Assembly: GCF_009914755.1 (NCBI RefSeq)
Contig: NC_060932.1
Source: the human T2T-CHM13v2.0 reference genome, Homo sapiens
Strand: one strand, 5' to 3'
DNA: 64,000 nucleotides
Position numbers and translations under genes: made by a program. Position 1 is the first letter of the stretch, and the number at the start of each line of letters is the position of its first letter. The notes beneath the pieces are model-generated. The model made no database searches and was not told where the DNA came from. It was given only the letters and a program-made list of their open reading frames with translations. This document shows positions 11,312 to 24,427 of this stretch, piece after piece.

Positions 11312-12909
11312 AAATCTGAGCATACATAGGGCTCTTCAAGGTCCTTAACTTTTGGGGACTTCTTTTTGTTTCACACCAAAAGGAATCATGGTTGTCCTCT
11401 GCCAAATGCCAGCCAGGTTGTTTCATACTGTTTTAACCTTGTTGAAAACAAAGGCAATTGGAAGCATTTCAGCAACTCAAGAGATCATGTGTTTATGTGA
11501 TTTATTGTGAGTGTGGAGTAAAAGGATTACTAGACGCTAAAGGAAGTAAAACCAATTTTGTGTGTGCAACTATCAGCTCCCATCTGAAATCCCCCCAGAC
11601 AGCTTCCTGCTGTAACCAGCTTTTTCCTGTGAGTGGTTTGTTCATTGGCTTTGCAGAAATGAGAACAGCCAATGATGTCAGGAGTCCGGATTTGCCGAAG
11701 TCATCAGCATCTGGCAAAGCCTGAGCTGGAGCCAGAAGGAGGCGCCATGGCCTGGTGGGAAGCCCCGATGAAGAGTGGGAGGTGAAGCTGGAGTCAGGGT
11801 TTTGTGGAACCGCCTGTGCCCGATCTGTGAGAAGCTATGGGTTATCAGCCACCCCCGGTTTCCTCCCTTTTAAAAGAAGAGGGTGAATTTTATGTCTTTT
11901 TAGGGACCAATTTTCAAACTAGGCAGCTCATCAGAATCACCTGGTGATTCTTCACCCAAAATAAAATCACCCTCGAATCAGAATTTTTGATAATGAGGCT
12001 CTAGGATCTGTCTTTTTAACAAACCCCCCAAATGGCCACAACTCACACAATGTTACTGCTTCATGCTTTTACACATCTTGATGTATTTCTAGGATTTGTG
12101 AATGTATGCTTTTTCAATTTTAGCATTTTGAAGTTAAGGTGAATCTTATAATTGATGTAAATAATTAATGTGGTCTTCTCTCCCCTTCCCCCGATTCTCC
12201 TTGAGAAGTGGATAATGAATTGTGAATCTTATATGTGGCGGTATTTTTAAGTGAAGGAAACACCTCCTCTCATTTCCAACTTTACAACAACTACGTGAAG
12301 TAGGTTGTGCAAGAATTATTTATCCCCTCTTCCCAGAAGAAGAAACGGGCTTGAATAGGTTAGGCACATTACCCTTTGATTTATTTATTCAACCCACGTT
12401 AATAATAAGCATCTTCTGTATGTAGGGGCTGGGCTAGATTGGGAGAAAGCAGAGATGAAGACCTGGCTCCTGTCCCCAAGGAGCTTGCAGGCTTGTGGGG
12501 GCATCAGAGCAATAATTCGTGCCCGTGGCTAGATCAATATTGGCTCTAGAAGTCTCCTCTGGGAGGTGAGGGGAAGAGCGACTGGTTCTCATGGGGCTTA
12601 GGAAAGGCACCGTTGGAGAAGTGGCATTTAGAGGGAGCTTGAAGAATGGGTAGGGCATGCTGGACACTGTTATAGTGCTATCCTCGGAGACTGCAAAGCC
12701 AAGGAATCAAACCGTAGACACACAGCAGGATTCTGGTGGTGGAAACACATGTTGGCATCCTTGCTCTCTCAATGTGACTTGGGGCAATTTGTGACCATCT
12801 CTCCTCTGAAGAACGGAGGGCTGTTGTTGGAGTTAGGTGAGACGATGTTGGCCAACAGCTTGCATAGTGTCGACACTTCAGCAACACAGGAAGTGGGGTA
12901 GGACCCAGG

Positions 12910-13403
12910 TGTGATGGGTAATTTTCTTTATCAACCTGACTGGGCTGTGTTCAGAAAGCTGGTAACACACTCATTCTGGGTGTGTCTGACGGTGATTGGG
13001 AGAGCTGTTAGCATTTGAATCTGTAGTAAAGAAAATGTGCACTCACCAGCATGGGCGGCATTGTGCAATTTCTTGGGGGAGGAATAGAACAAAGAGGCAA
13101 ACTCGCTCTCTTTTCTTGAGCTGGAACATCCATCCTTTCCTGCCCTGGGACATTGGAACTTCTAGTTCAGGCGCTTTAAGACTCCGATCAGGATTTTCTC
13201 CGTAGACTGCCCTGGTGCTCAGGCCCTCGGGTTTGGACTGCACGACATCTGCAGCTTTCCTGGGCCTCTGGCTTGCAGATGGCAGATAGTGGGACTGCTC
13301 AGCCTCCATCATCACATGAGCCAGTCCCTCCTAATAAGCATCTTTCTATCTATTTATGAATGTGCTTTTGGTTCTTTTTCTCTGGAGAACCCTGACTAAT
13401 GCA
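12910..13403 (+). mobile_element. MLT2 (ERVL) solo LTR
   Basis: TGTGATGG...ctggagaaccctgactaatgCA, 5-bp TSD CCAGG on both sides. Confidence 0.9.
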
Positions 13404-13736
13404 CCAGGATAGGAATGATTCGGAAGGAGGGAAGAGGCTTAGGGCCCTGCCCTGCTGGGTTCTGTTGCAAGTGGAGGGCAGGCTGAAGGGGAGCTGGCTT
13501 TGTGATAATTCATGGGGTTGAACACTTGGTAGGCTCTTCGGCGTGAAGAGATCAGACCCATCCTGCACTCCTGCCCTCAGCCCACTTTTGCTCTTTTGTC
13601 CACTGTCACTGAGGGACTTGGCGGCGTCAGAGCCACAGAGAGGGAAGGCTTGGACTCAGGAAAACAGTGAGCATGCCACCTCTTCTGTCATCCAACAGTA
13701 GGCCTGGAAGGACTTTTATCAATGCTGTGCCTGGCA

Positions 13737-13738
<2 letters not shown>

Positions 13739-13790
<52 letters not shown>

Positions 13791-13792
13791 AC
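13739..13792. repeat. (CA)n microsatellite
   Basis: ~26 CA units with one interruption. Confidence 0.97.
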
Positions 13793-14182
13793 GGATGAGA
13801 CAGAGATGGGTCTCATTCTCAGCACGGCATACAAGTGTTAAATAATTTTGCAGGTGTTAAATCTCTTGCAGGCGCAGCACACGGACTAGTATTCATGTGA
13901 ATCCAGGGTCGTGACATCGTTTGGGTGTGAGGGAAGTCCTTTCAGAGCTTGGGGTGTTGAAGTTGAGATTTGAAAGATGAGCAGAAGCTGTTCAGGCAAA
14001 AGGAGTGGTGCAGGGAGAGAGGGGCTATGAGCACTCTAGGCAGAGGACATAGACCCTCAGAGGCCATCCATGTTAGGAACCAGCAAAGTGCATTGCAGCT
14101 GGCCCTGAAAAACGGGGAGAGGAGGACAGCAGGCTCAGGGGCTTGGCCACCATGCCTGGGGAACCCTGCCAAGGATGGGGAA

Positions 14183-14498
14183 CTTTTCTTTTCTTTTTTT
14201 TTTTTGAGACATAGTCTTTCTCTGTTACCCAGGCTTGAGTGCAGTGGCCTGATCATGGCTCACTGCAGCCTTGACCTCCCAAGCTCAAGAGATTTCCAGG
14301 CCCCACCTTAGTCTCCTGAGAAGCTAGGACTACAGGCAGGTGCCACCACTCCTGGCTAATTTTTTGTTTCTTTTTCTGTGTGTGGGCAGATGGGGTTTTA
14401 CCATGTTGCCCAGACTGGTTTTGAACTCCTGGGCTCAAGAGATCTGCCTGCGCAGCCTCCCAGAGGCTGGGATTACAGGCATGAGCCACTATGCCTGG
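14183..14498 (-). mobile_element. AluJ
   Basis: Diverged antisense Alu dimer. Confidence 0.9.
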
Positions 14499-14544
14499 CA
14501 ATGTGGAACTTTTCTACAAGGACAAGGGGAAACCGTTGAACAGT

Positions 14545-14980
14545 TTCTTTTCTTTTTAAATATTGTGGCAAAATACACATAACTCAAAATTTACCATTTT
14601 AACAATGTTTAAGTGTGTAGTCCAGTGGCATTAAGTAAACTCACGTTGTTGTTCAGTCATCACCATCCATCTCCAGAACTTTTTTATCTTGTAAAACTGA
14701 AACTCCATACCCATTAAGCAGTAACTCCCACTTTCCTCTCGCCCAGCCCCTGGTAAACCCAGCTATACTTTCCATCTCTGTGAATTTAACTAGTGTAGGT
14801 GCCTTGTCTGAATGGAATCACACGGTATTTGTCCTTTTGTGTCTGGCTTCTTTCACTGAGCACAATGTCCTCAAGGCTCATCCATGTAGCATGTGTGAGA
14901 ATTTCCTTTCTTCTAAGGCTGAATACTATTTCATTGCCTGTGTATACTACATTTTGTTTATCCAGTCATTCGTTTGGACA
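14545..14980 (-). mobile_element. L1MB 3'UTR fragment
   Basis: aaaatttaccattttaac...ggaatcacacggtatttgtccttttgtgtctggctt. Confidence 0.85.
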
Positions 14981-14984
14981 CCTA

Positions 14985-15720
14985 TCAAAAGATTTTAAGA
15001 GAGTAACATGGTCCGATTTACATTTTGGAAACATCAGCCTCGTTGCTTTGTGGAGGCTGATTTGGAAGAAGACGTGAGTGGCTGCAGGGAGCCCAGTTAG
15101 GAGGCTGCCAGATGAGTCCAGTATAAGAGGCTGGGTGGCGGTGAGGATGGTAGAAATGGAAGGTTTAAGAGCTATTAATACTTAGAAGGAGGAATGAAAA
15201 GTTTATTTGGGTGTAGGAAGTGGAGGAGAAAGAGGACTCAAGAGTCATTTCAGGTGGATGGGGCTGTTATTTACAAGGGCAAGCTGCAGACAATGAGTTG
15301 GGCTTTGGGTTTGTGGAGTTTGAGAAGTGCATGGGCCATTCAGGCAGGGATATATGCTTCTAAGCTCGAGGCTCATTTGGGAAAGTACTGGCCTAGAGAG
15401 GCAATCAGTGCCAAAGGGGTGCGTGAAACTCCTCTCTGCAGAATGAAAAGCAGAAAAGGCCAAGGGGACATTCCTTAGTAACTCCAACATCTGAGGTCTA
15501 GTAGAGTTGGATTGGCCAACCAACAACAGTACAAGGGGGTGTTCTGAGAGCACCAAACCAGAGGAGTGTGGTGTCATGAGAGCCAAGGGAAGATAAGGGC
15601 TTTTAGGAAGAAAGTGTTTGGTGAGAGAGACTGAAAGAGCGCTCACTGGTTTCAGCAACACAGAGGTAACTGGTAGCATTGGTGAAGGCAATGGCATATT
15701 GAGAAGCTGCAGAAGCTGAG
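14985..15720 (-). mobile_element. L2 fragments
   Basis: Diverged antisense L2 motifs (ccagttaggaggctg, ggtgtcatg..agccaaggga). Confidence 0.6.
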
Positions 15721-18439
15721 ACAATCGATGGTTACCAGCTGTGTGTTCTTGGTGTAGTTGTTCAATTTCTCTGAGCCATTAATTCCTAATCTGCAAAATG
15801 ATACACCCAATAACTCATAGCACCTGTGCATTTAGGGGTTGGAGGTAGATAGAATATGGCTTCCAGAGTCAAGGCAAGGTCTATCTGTACAAGGTGATCT
15901 TCTTGACTTTGTGGTTGACTCCCTGGACTCTCTGTTCTATGCAAGCCGGCAACAAAGGGGTTTTGCAGCGTTGGTCAATGTTGTCTTCAACATTTGCACT
16001 CAGGACTTTTAATGGATGGGGGATTAGGATGAGCAAGAACAACCAGGCTTTTCTGCTGCAGGAAACATCCCAGGTGCATTTACTCACTCTCTGGTGTTTT
16101 ATTTCTGAGAAGCCAGCAGCAAGAGAGAGGATGCTGGGGTTGGGAGGCTTGGACTCTGGGCTCAATGCTGTGGGTGACTGGCCATGCAGCCTTGGCAAGC
16201 CACTGACTCCCACCTTTGAAATTCCTAACCTATGACATGGAGCCTTCTTCAGCTAGATAATTCTGGAATGTACTTCCTCATTTCAGGTGTGTCTGTATTG
16301 CAAATAAGTCCCTACCAAAAAAAGTTGTTGTATTTTGGACAAAAAGACACATCTCCAAGCCAGGTACTTGCATAGCTCTTGTCACAGTTAATTCCCAAAA
16401 CAACTCTGTGATGTGGGTACTGCTAATCCCATTTAATACATGATGATTGCTTGGCTTCAGGGGCTAATGACTTGCTCATGTGGGAGAGAGTGTTTGTATC
16501 AGGTAGCAGGAAGTTATGTTTAGGCAGGGGATTATTAATTGAAACCGTAATTGATCACTTGCTCTTTTGCAAAAGGAATCTGTTGTGTCAGCCAATGCCT
16601 GGAAGAACCCAGACACTCATTCCTGTCCTGAGAGTAAATCTAAGATCCTCAGCTGACGCTTGGAGACCTCTGTTCTTTGGCTCCAATCACATTTTGCTGG
16701 TTTAGTGTCCACTTTTCTCTTGCACTTCCACTTACACCTATGCTTTGGTTTTACTGCTCCCTCCAAGTCCTACATCTTCTGCCTTGATAGCTTTGGGCAG
16801 GTGACTCCCTTGGCCTGGGACACCCTTTCTTGGTGACACAGTTTGGAATTCTGTCGTTGTGTCAAGGCCAGTGAACCTTTCCTGACCTCCCAATGCTGTA
16901 GCATTTTCCTCCTTTTGAATCTGCACTGTATTTTTTACTTTCCTCCTAGTGTCTCTGCCTTGAATCAGAGTTATTTGCCTCTTTATTGCCTTTATATTAG
17001 AACATGAAGGTGATTTAGTCTTTGAATTTCATACAAAGGAAACCCATGACAACAGTTGGCACGTAATGAAAGCTCAGTGGGTATTTGTTGATTTCAGATG
17101 CATGCATCCTTAACTGGTTTTGGCTCACTTATGCACTCATTGATTGAACAGCTAATTATTAGGGTCTAAGATAATGAATATGATGTTCCATCACCTTTAG
17201 CTTGGAGAAAACATCCCATGAAATGGCCACACATTTCTTCTGGGATGCCCCCCGTTAGCCGTCTCGGCTGGGGCTTCCTGTCCTGGCATGTTCGCACAGC
17301 ATGTAAGAGGTCCTGTGGGACACACGCTCTCATATGATCACTGCCTCAGCCTGTGAGACTAGTATAGCAGATCCATCTTCCCCAAGGTCCCATTTTCTGG
17401 AGGTGGAAACTGATGTTCAACAGTGTGGACCGACTTGCCTTGTGTCTCCCAGCTACTGGGTCTGTAGATGCTGAGTCTTCTGGCTTCTGTTCCTGTGGTA
17501 TTTCTGGGAGTCAAGGAAGGATAGGAAGAAAAGGTAAAGGAACAAGTAGGGAGGTGAGGAAAACACACCAGAGAACAGTGTGGAGAAGGAAGAATCCGAC
17601 TCCTGGGGCTCATGGCCTGGCGTAAGAGCAGGTTGCTTCTGGGGCTGCCACCAGTTTACCCATGTGAAGGCAGACTTTGCTCCTAAGTCCTGGATCTCAC
17701 TCACTGCAGGGTGGCTTCTGGGCAGCAGAGGCCAATGAGCTGGGCACAGAGACCAGGTCGGAGGCAAGTCTTGGCCCAGATCTTCACAAAATCCTGCCCT
17801 AACTCTACCTATGGACTTCAAAATTACAACTGCGTTTAAAAGTGTCCCAAACCAAGCAAGCTTTATTGTTTAACAGTATTGAGAGTAGGGTAATTCAGGA
17901 TGTAATGGAACAGCTGTCTTATCAGGAAAAAGGGGGTGTACTCTCTCCCCCAATTTCTCCCTCCTACCTCTGTAAACCCTCATTTCCTCCTTACCGCCTA
18001 CCAACCAGCATAGCTGCTTCCCAGCAAAGCCCGTGGAAGGCCAGGCTGGGTGCTGGATTCTGGGTCCCTACATGCTTAGTAAATCATCATGCACCTGCCA
18101 TGTGAGCCCTGGCTTAGAGCCAGGCTTTCTCATCAAAGCAAACTGCTTGTGTTGTGTCCATAAGCGGCAAGCACTGCCAGACACTCACAGCCATCTGGAA
18201 GAGCAAGCTGGATGCTCCCAGCAAGGCCCAACCAGAATCTTCACGGGGTGCCTTCGTGGCCTTGGTTCCTCGTTTATTAAGTATGAGTGTGGCCCTCATG
18301 AGTTCTAAGGTTTTTACCTTCCTCCTTTGGAATCTACGATCCAGAATGGGATCAGCTCCCTCCAGGAGAGTTTCATGCAGCCTGGAAACCTTCCTCACCT
18401 CCTGGCTTGGGTTATGGGACTAGGCTGCACCCTACAGCA

Positions 18440-18640
18440 TGGCAGACCTGCAGACTCAGGAGGCTAAAACCCCGGTTACCCACTGTGAGGAACTGGGTGG
18501 TGTTAGGGGAGTTACCTAATGCTCTGTGCCTCAGTTTCCCCATTTGTGAGGTGGTGACAATAACCAGTATCTACTGCAAAATATTGTTGCAAGGATTAAA
18601 TGTTGTTATGAAATCAGGATAGTGCCTGTCACCCAGCCAG
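18440..18640 (+). mobile_element. MIR
   Basis: ctctgtgcctcagtttccccatttgt core. Confidence 0.7.
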
Positions 18641-19649
18641 CGATGGTGGGCCTTACTGTTTTTGCTGTTTTTGTAGGCACCTGGAGGCTCACACTCCTTG
18701 AAGGTGGGCACTTCATCTCAATCATCTTTGGATTCCTACTCCCTGTACTTGTGTGGGCCACCCTGGGCTCCCAGCAATGTCCCTGAGCTGGGGTCGACTG
18801 CCCTTCCACCTATTCTAGGCCTGCTGTGTACCCCTGGTTGAGTATTTATCCCATGCTCAGAGCACTGGAGCTGCTGTGAATCATAGGACTTGTTGGATAC
18901 CACCCTGGGCTAGGATATCTGTCATTCTCATCATACAACAAACATGTTTATATATCAAATGCAAATACCAGGTGTAGATATTTTCATTTGTGTGATCGTG
19001 GAATTTGCTAACATTCATATATTAAACAGTGACTCCACTAGCCAGTGATGCAGTGAAATGAAGGCACTGGATGGAGCAGTTGCGCTGCTGCGTCTTGGAG
19101 GGATAGGATAGCAAGTGTGCTGCTGTGGTGAGACCTCCGTTTCCTCCTGGAGATGGCAGCTGAGCTAGGCCTTCACCTGGGATGCCAGGTGTTTTGGTGT
19201 CAGGGACTGAGGGAATGCTCTTGGTAGGGGTTGCTCAATGCTTTCAAATTTTCACAGGTTCCCAGGTTTGTCTCTAGACACACAACCAGCAGTTTGGTTT
19301 CTGTCATAGAGAGAAAGGACTTGTGAGCCAGTGGTACCCCTGGCTGTACTCTACAGCCATGACTCCAACCCTCCCCGAAACCATCTCCACTGCACCTTCC
19401 CGGTGGTCTGCTCAGGACACTGGAGAGATGACAGGCTTTGAACAAAGGCTCAGGTTTCCGGCTTGAAAACAGCCTTGCTGGAAAGCAGCAGCACCCTCAC
19501 TGGGGCAAGAAACTCCATGGGCCCAATCTTTCCAGTTGTGGCATCACCATCACTCTTGACTTCTGTAAGCTTTTCTTAAGATCTGACCCTCACAAACAGA
19601 CAAATAAAAGCAAACATTTATTTCTTGTGCCATATACTTTTTTCTGGTA

Positions 19650-19889
19650 ATATACATATATATATGTATATGTATATATACACACATATATATGTATATA
19701 TACACATATATAACATATATCATATATGTGTATATGTACACATACACACACATATATGATATATATCACATATGTTACATATTATATTACATGTATGTAT
19801 ATATTATATATATTATATTATATATTATATTATATATTATATATATTATATATTATAATATGTATTATATGTATTATATATGTATATTT
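19650..19889. repeat. Compound (TA)/(CA)/(TAT) low-complexity repeat
   Basis: ~240 bp of almost pure AT alternation within the RPL23A retrocopy 3'UTR. Confidence 0.95.
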
Positions 19890-20165
19890 AGAATTGGCCA
19901 GCTTTTTAGATGATCTCAATTTTGTTGGCAACACCCAAAGCATTGTAATCAGGATCCAGTCAAACATATGCCTTCTTCTCTCCATCAGGCCGAATCAGGG
20001 AGTTGACCTTGGCCACATCCATGTCACAGAGCTTCTTCACAGCCTGTTTGATCTGGTGCTTGTTGGCTTTAACATCCACAATGAACACAAGTGTGTTGTT
20101 GTCTTCTGTCTTCTTCACGGCCGACTCAGTGGTCAGCGGCAACTCGATGATAGCATAGTGGTCAA

Positions 20166-20332
20166 GCTTGTTCTCCAGGAGACGCTCTCCCGAGGATATT
20201 TTGGCGCTTGTTCTCCCGGCGGGGGGGAGCTCTCTCGAGGATATCTGGGCTGCTTGTTCTCCAGGGGGCGCTCTCCCGAGGATATCTGGGTGCTTGTTCT
20301 TCGGGGGACGCTCTCCCAAGGATATTTGGGCT
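20166..20332. repeat. 4 tandem copies (40/46/40/41 bp) of the RPL23A QPKYPRKSAPRRNK-coding segment
   Basis: Units start GCTTGTTCT at 20166, 20206, 20252 and 20292. Confidence 0.93.
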
Positions 20333-20519
20333 GCCTCCGGAGTCGCAGTGTTATCGGAAAGTGGGTGACGTGCGGATCTTCTTTTTTTTTTGTGGCTGTG
20401 GACGCCTTTCAACACTACCTTCTTGGCCTTCAAAGCCTTCACTTTGGCTTCCGCTTCAGGAGGGGCAGGAGCTTCCATCTTTGCTTTCGGCGCCATCTTG
20501 TGAAAAGGCTACGTTGTTT

Positions 20520-21560
20520 TTTTTTTTTAATTATGGAAAAATCTATATAACATAAAATTCACCATTATAACCATTTTTAAGTGTGCAGTTCTGTGGCACT
20601 AACTATATTTGTATTGTTATGCAACCACCACCACTATCCATCTCTAGATATTTTAAAATCTCTCCCAGTGGAAACTCTGTACCCATGAAACACCAACTCT
20701 CCATTTCCCTGGTAACCCCCATTCTACTTTCCATCTGTATGAATTCAGCTACTCTAGGTACCTCATATGAGTGGAATCATACAGTATTTGTCCTTTTGTG
20801 ACTGGACTTATTTCACCTAGCGTAATGTTTTCAAGGTTCATTCATGGAGTAGCACGTGTCAGAATTTCCTTCCTTTCTAAGGCTGAATAATGTTCCATTG
20901 CCTGTGGACGACCCATTCTGTTCATCCATTCTGCAGTCCATGGACACTTGGGTTGCTTCCACCCTCTGGCCATTGCGAATAATGTTGCTGTAGACATGAA
21001 TGTACAAATATCTGTTTGTATCTCTGCTTTCACTTGTTTTGGGTATGGATATGGTTTGGCTGTGTGTCCCCACCCAAATCTCATGTTGAATTGTAATCCC
21101 CTGTGTTGGGGCAGAAACCTGCTGGGAGGTGATTGGATCATGGGGGCGGATTTCCCCCATGCTGTTCTCATGATAGTGAGTGAGTTCTCACAATATCCGG
21201 TTGTTTAAAAATGCATGGCCTCTCCCTTCTTCTGCTCTCTCTTGCTCCTGCTCTGGCATGTGAGATGTGCCTGCTTCCCCTTTGCCTTCTGCCATGATTG
21301 TAAGTTTTCTGAGGCCTCCCCAGCCATGCTTCCCGTACAGCCTGTGGAACAGTGAGTCAATTAAACCTCTTTCTTTATAAATTACCCAGTCTCAGTCTCA
21401 GGTATTTCTTCATAGCAATGTGAGAATGGACTGGATCATATAGTAAATCTATGTTTAATTTTTAAGGAACCACCATGATGTTTTCCATAGCAGCTGCACC
21501 ATTTTATATTCTCACCCATAGTGTGCAAGGGTTCTGATTTCTCTACATCCTCATCAATAA
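20520..21560 (-). mobile_element. L1MB 3' fragment interrupted by an MST LTR
   Basis: L1MB 3'UTR motifs on both sides of 21046-21438. Confidence 0.82.
21046..21438 (+). mobile_element. MSTA-type MaLR solo LTR
   Basis: gatatggtttggctgtgtgtccccacccaaatctcatgttgaattgtaatcccc...aattacccagtctcag. Confidence 0.9.
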
Positions 21561-22345
21561 ATGCTATAACATATAGTTTGCAGGCATCATATTTCATTCT
21601 TACAACAACCCAGCAAAGCAGACCGTAATGCCCAAATATAGACAGGCAGTTTGGAGATATTAGTGAAATACAAAACAACCTTTCCAGGGCCAGCTAGGAA
21701 AAGAGTGAAGTCAGGATCCAGACTTGGCTTTGGATTCCAAAGCCCATGCCCTTCCCAGCCTATCAGACTATATCTCTAATAGATGAATGCATTCTTAATT
21801 CACCTAAAATGTTAGTATAAATTATTACCTTTTAAACTGGGTACCTGCTCAATAGAGTATTTTGGGCACTGGGTTGTCAACAAATCATCTCTGCACCATG
21901 GTATGCCTTGGTTCCGGGAGAGCATATTCTAATGCATAATTAGTAGAAATAATGGAGTCTATCATAGATTTGCTCTGATCTGAGCTGGTTAGTAACAGGG
22001 CACACGGTGCACAGATTCCTTTCCTTTTACTCATTTGGCAAACAGTCACGGAGCCTATCCTCTGTGCCGGGATGTGCATGGGGCTGGGATTTTAGGGATT
22101 CAAAGGTTTGGTTCCTGCCTACGAGCCACTGAAGCCACAGGTGGCAGGGACAGTAAACAAGGTCTGCCCACAGCCGGATGAGATAAAAGCTGGTGGAGGT
22201 TAAGTGAAAGCCATCCCTGCTCTACTTTTGAAGGTAGGAACCACAGCCAGGTTTCACAAATAAAACTGATGACAGAACCCATGTGTCTCATTGCGCTGGC
22301 TGCTGAGAAATTGCGCAAACCATGGCAACAATGAGCTTTTGTTTT

Positions 22346-23048
22346 GTGAACCCAAAGTATTTGAGACGGGTCTCAATCAATTTGGAAAGTTTATTTTGCC
22401 AAGGTTAAAGACTTGCCCGTGACACGGCCTCAGGAGGTCCTGATGACATGTGCCCAAGGTGGTCAGGGGACGCCTTGCTTTTTACACATTTTAGGGAGAT
22501 ATGAGACAAATCAATATGTGTAAGCTGTACATTGGTTTGGTCTGTAAAGTTGGGACAACTCAAGGCGGGGGCTTCCACGTCATAGGTAGATAGGAGCCCA
22601 AAGTTTGCGTTCTTTTGAGTTTTTGCTCAGCCTTTCAGTGAATATACAATATATATGTGAGAGTGGGATAGGGGAATAGTCACTTATGTCTTAGTCTGGC
22701 TCAGTGAATCTGCATTCTCCATCAACAAAAGGGCAGAGGAAGCAATCAGATGTGCATTTGCCTCAGGTGAGCAGAGGGATGACTTTCTGTCCCACACCTG
22801 GGAAGGTAAGCTATCAGTTTACACTGTCAGGGTAAAATTCAGCAGAACTGTTCTAGGGGAAAAATCTTGAGGCCCACAAGGAATTTCCCTGTGGGAAAAT
22901 TGTGAGGGAGGTGTGTAGCTTTTTAAATCTTTGCAGCTATCTTATCTAGGAATAAAATGGGAGGCAGGTTTGCCTATCGCAGTTCCCTGCTTGAATTTTC
23001 CCCTTGGCTTAGTGATTTGGTGGTCCCGAGATTGATTTTCCTTTCACA
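22346..23048 (-). mobile_element. MER4-group solo LTR
   Basis: TGTGAACCC...attttcctttCACA, antisense to the copy at 860. Confidence 0.85.
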
Positions 23049-23123
23049 GGTTAAATAAATATGCCGTGCAATATTGTTAAATAGATGAACAAGATTATTA
23101 GTTGTTGAAAATCAGAGTCTTGA

Positions 23124-23478
<355 letters not shown>

Positions 23479-24075
23479 TAGTTTGCCCATTTATTCATGG
23501 ATGTTGATTGACTGCTTGCTGTGCATCTGGGAGCCTCCTGTCTCCCAGCTGGCTGTGCCCTCAGCAGCAACACTCTTGTCCCTCCCACGTGTGGGCCTGA
23601 GTCAGGGTTCACTACTGTGGGGAACTCGTGCGGGATTTGGACAGTTTCGGTGAAGTGCAGGCCACCATTCTTGGAGATTGGTGGAGGTTTCTTAGCCTTC
23701 TCGGCAACAGGCCTCAGCCATGGGTGGGGAGGCTTCTGTGACCTTGGTCTGCAGCCTGGAGGACGACACTTCCCCTGCGCCCGCCCTCCCTGTTTCCTGG
23801 CTCCACTTGCAGGGGCTCTGTCCTGATGCCAATCACATGGAGTCACAGGACAAGCAAGGTTCCTTCCCTCCTAGAACTTCTGTTTTACTAGAATAGGTTA
23901 ACCCAGTGGAAAAGACGGACAACAGACCCATAAACTCTGTGTGTGTGTGTGTAAAATATGGTGTCAGGCAGGGGAAAGTGTGTAAAAAATTAATCAGGAT
24001 AAGTGGATGAAGAGGTTAGTTTAAGAGGAGGCAGTCTGAGAAGGCCTCTCTAGAGAGGGAGCCACCAATATTGTA

Positions 24076-24427
24076 TACACGCACGCGCACAGACACACAC
24101 AGCCACACATACACACACACACACGTAGACACACTCACACATACAGACGCACCCACACATACAGACACACACAGACACACACACAGACACATAAGCACAC
24201 AGACACACACACATACAGACACACACAGACACACATGCAGACACACACACACAGGCACACACAGATACATAGACACACACATGCACAGACACACATACAC
24301 ACAGATACACACAGACACACAGAGACACACAGACACACACGCACAGACACACACACAGACACACAGAGACACACACATACAGACACACACATGCACATGC
24401 TGACCCACGGGTGCACATACACACACA
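24076..24427. repeat. Compound (CA)/(CAGA) microsatellite
   Basis: ~350 bp of CA-rich alternation. Confidence 0.95.

Larger units (their letters stand above)
19635..20508 (-). pseudogene. RPL23A processed pseudogene with internal 4x ~40-bp duplication and expanded 3'UTR (TA)n; possibly RPL23AP96
   Basis: Intronless. 5'[42 protein letters not shown] and [50 protein letters not shown]. Premature TGA at 19962-19960. Frameshifted middle. Confidence 0.95.

Noticed and set aside
19726-20550. 274-aa plus-strand ORF, the longest in the track
   Set aside because: Antisense shadow of the RPL23A retrocopy plus the TA repeat. It has a non-ATG start and no protein-like composition.
860-23048. Two MER4-group LTRs as the ends of one provirus
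   Set aside because: They are in opposite orientations and 21 kb apart, and the first has its own TSD, so they are independent solo LTRs.
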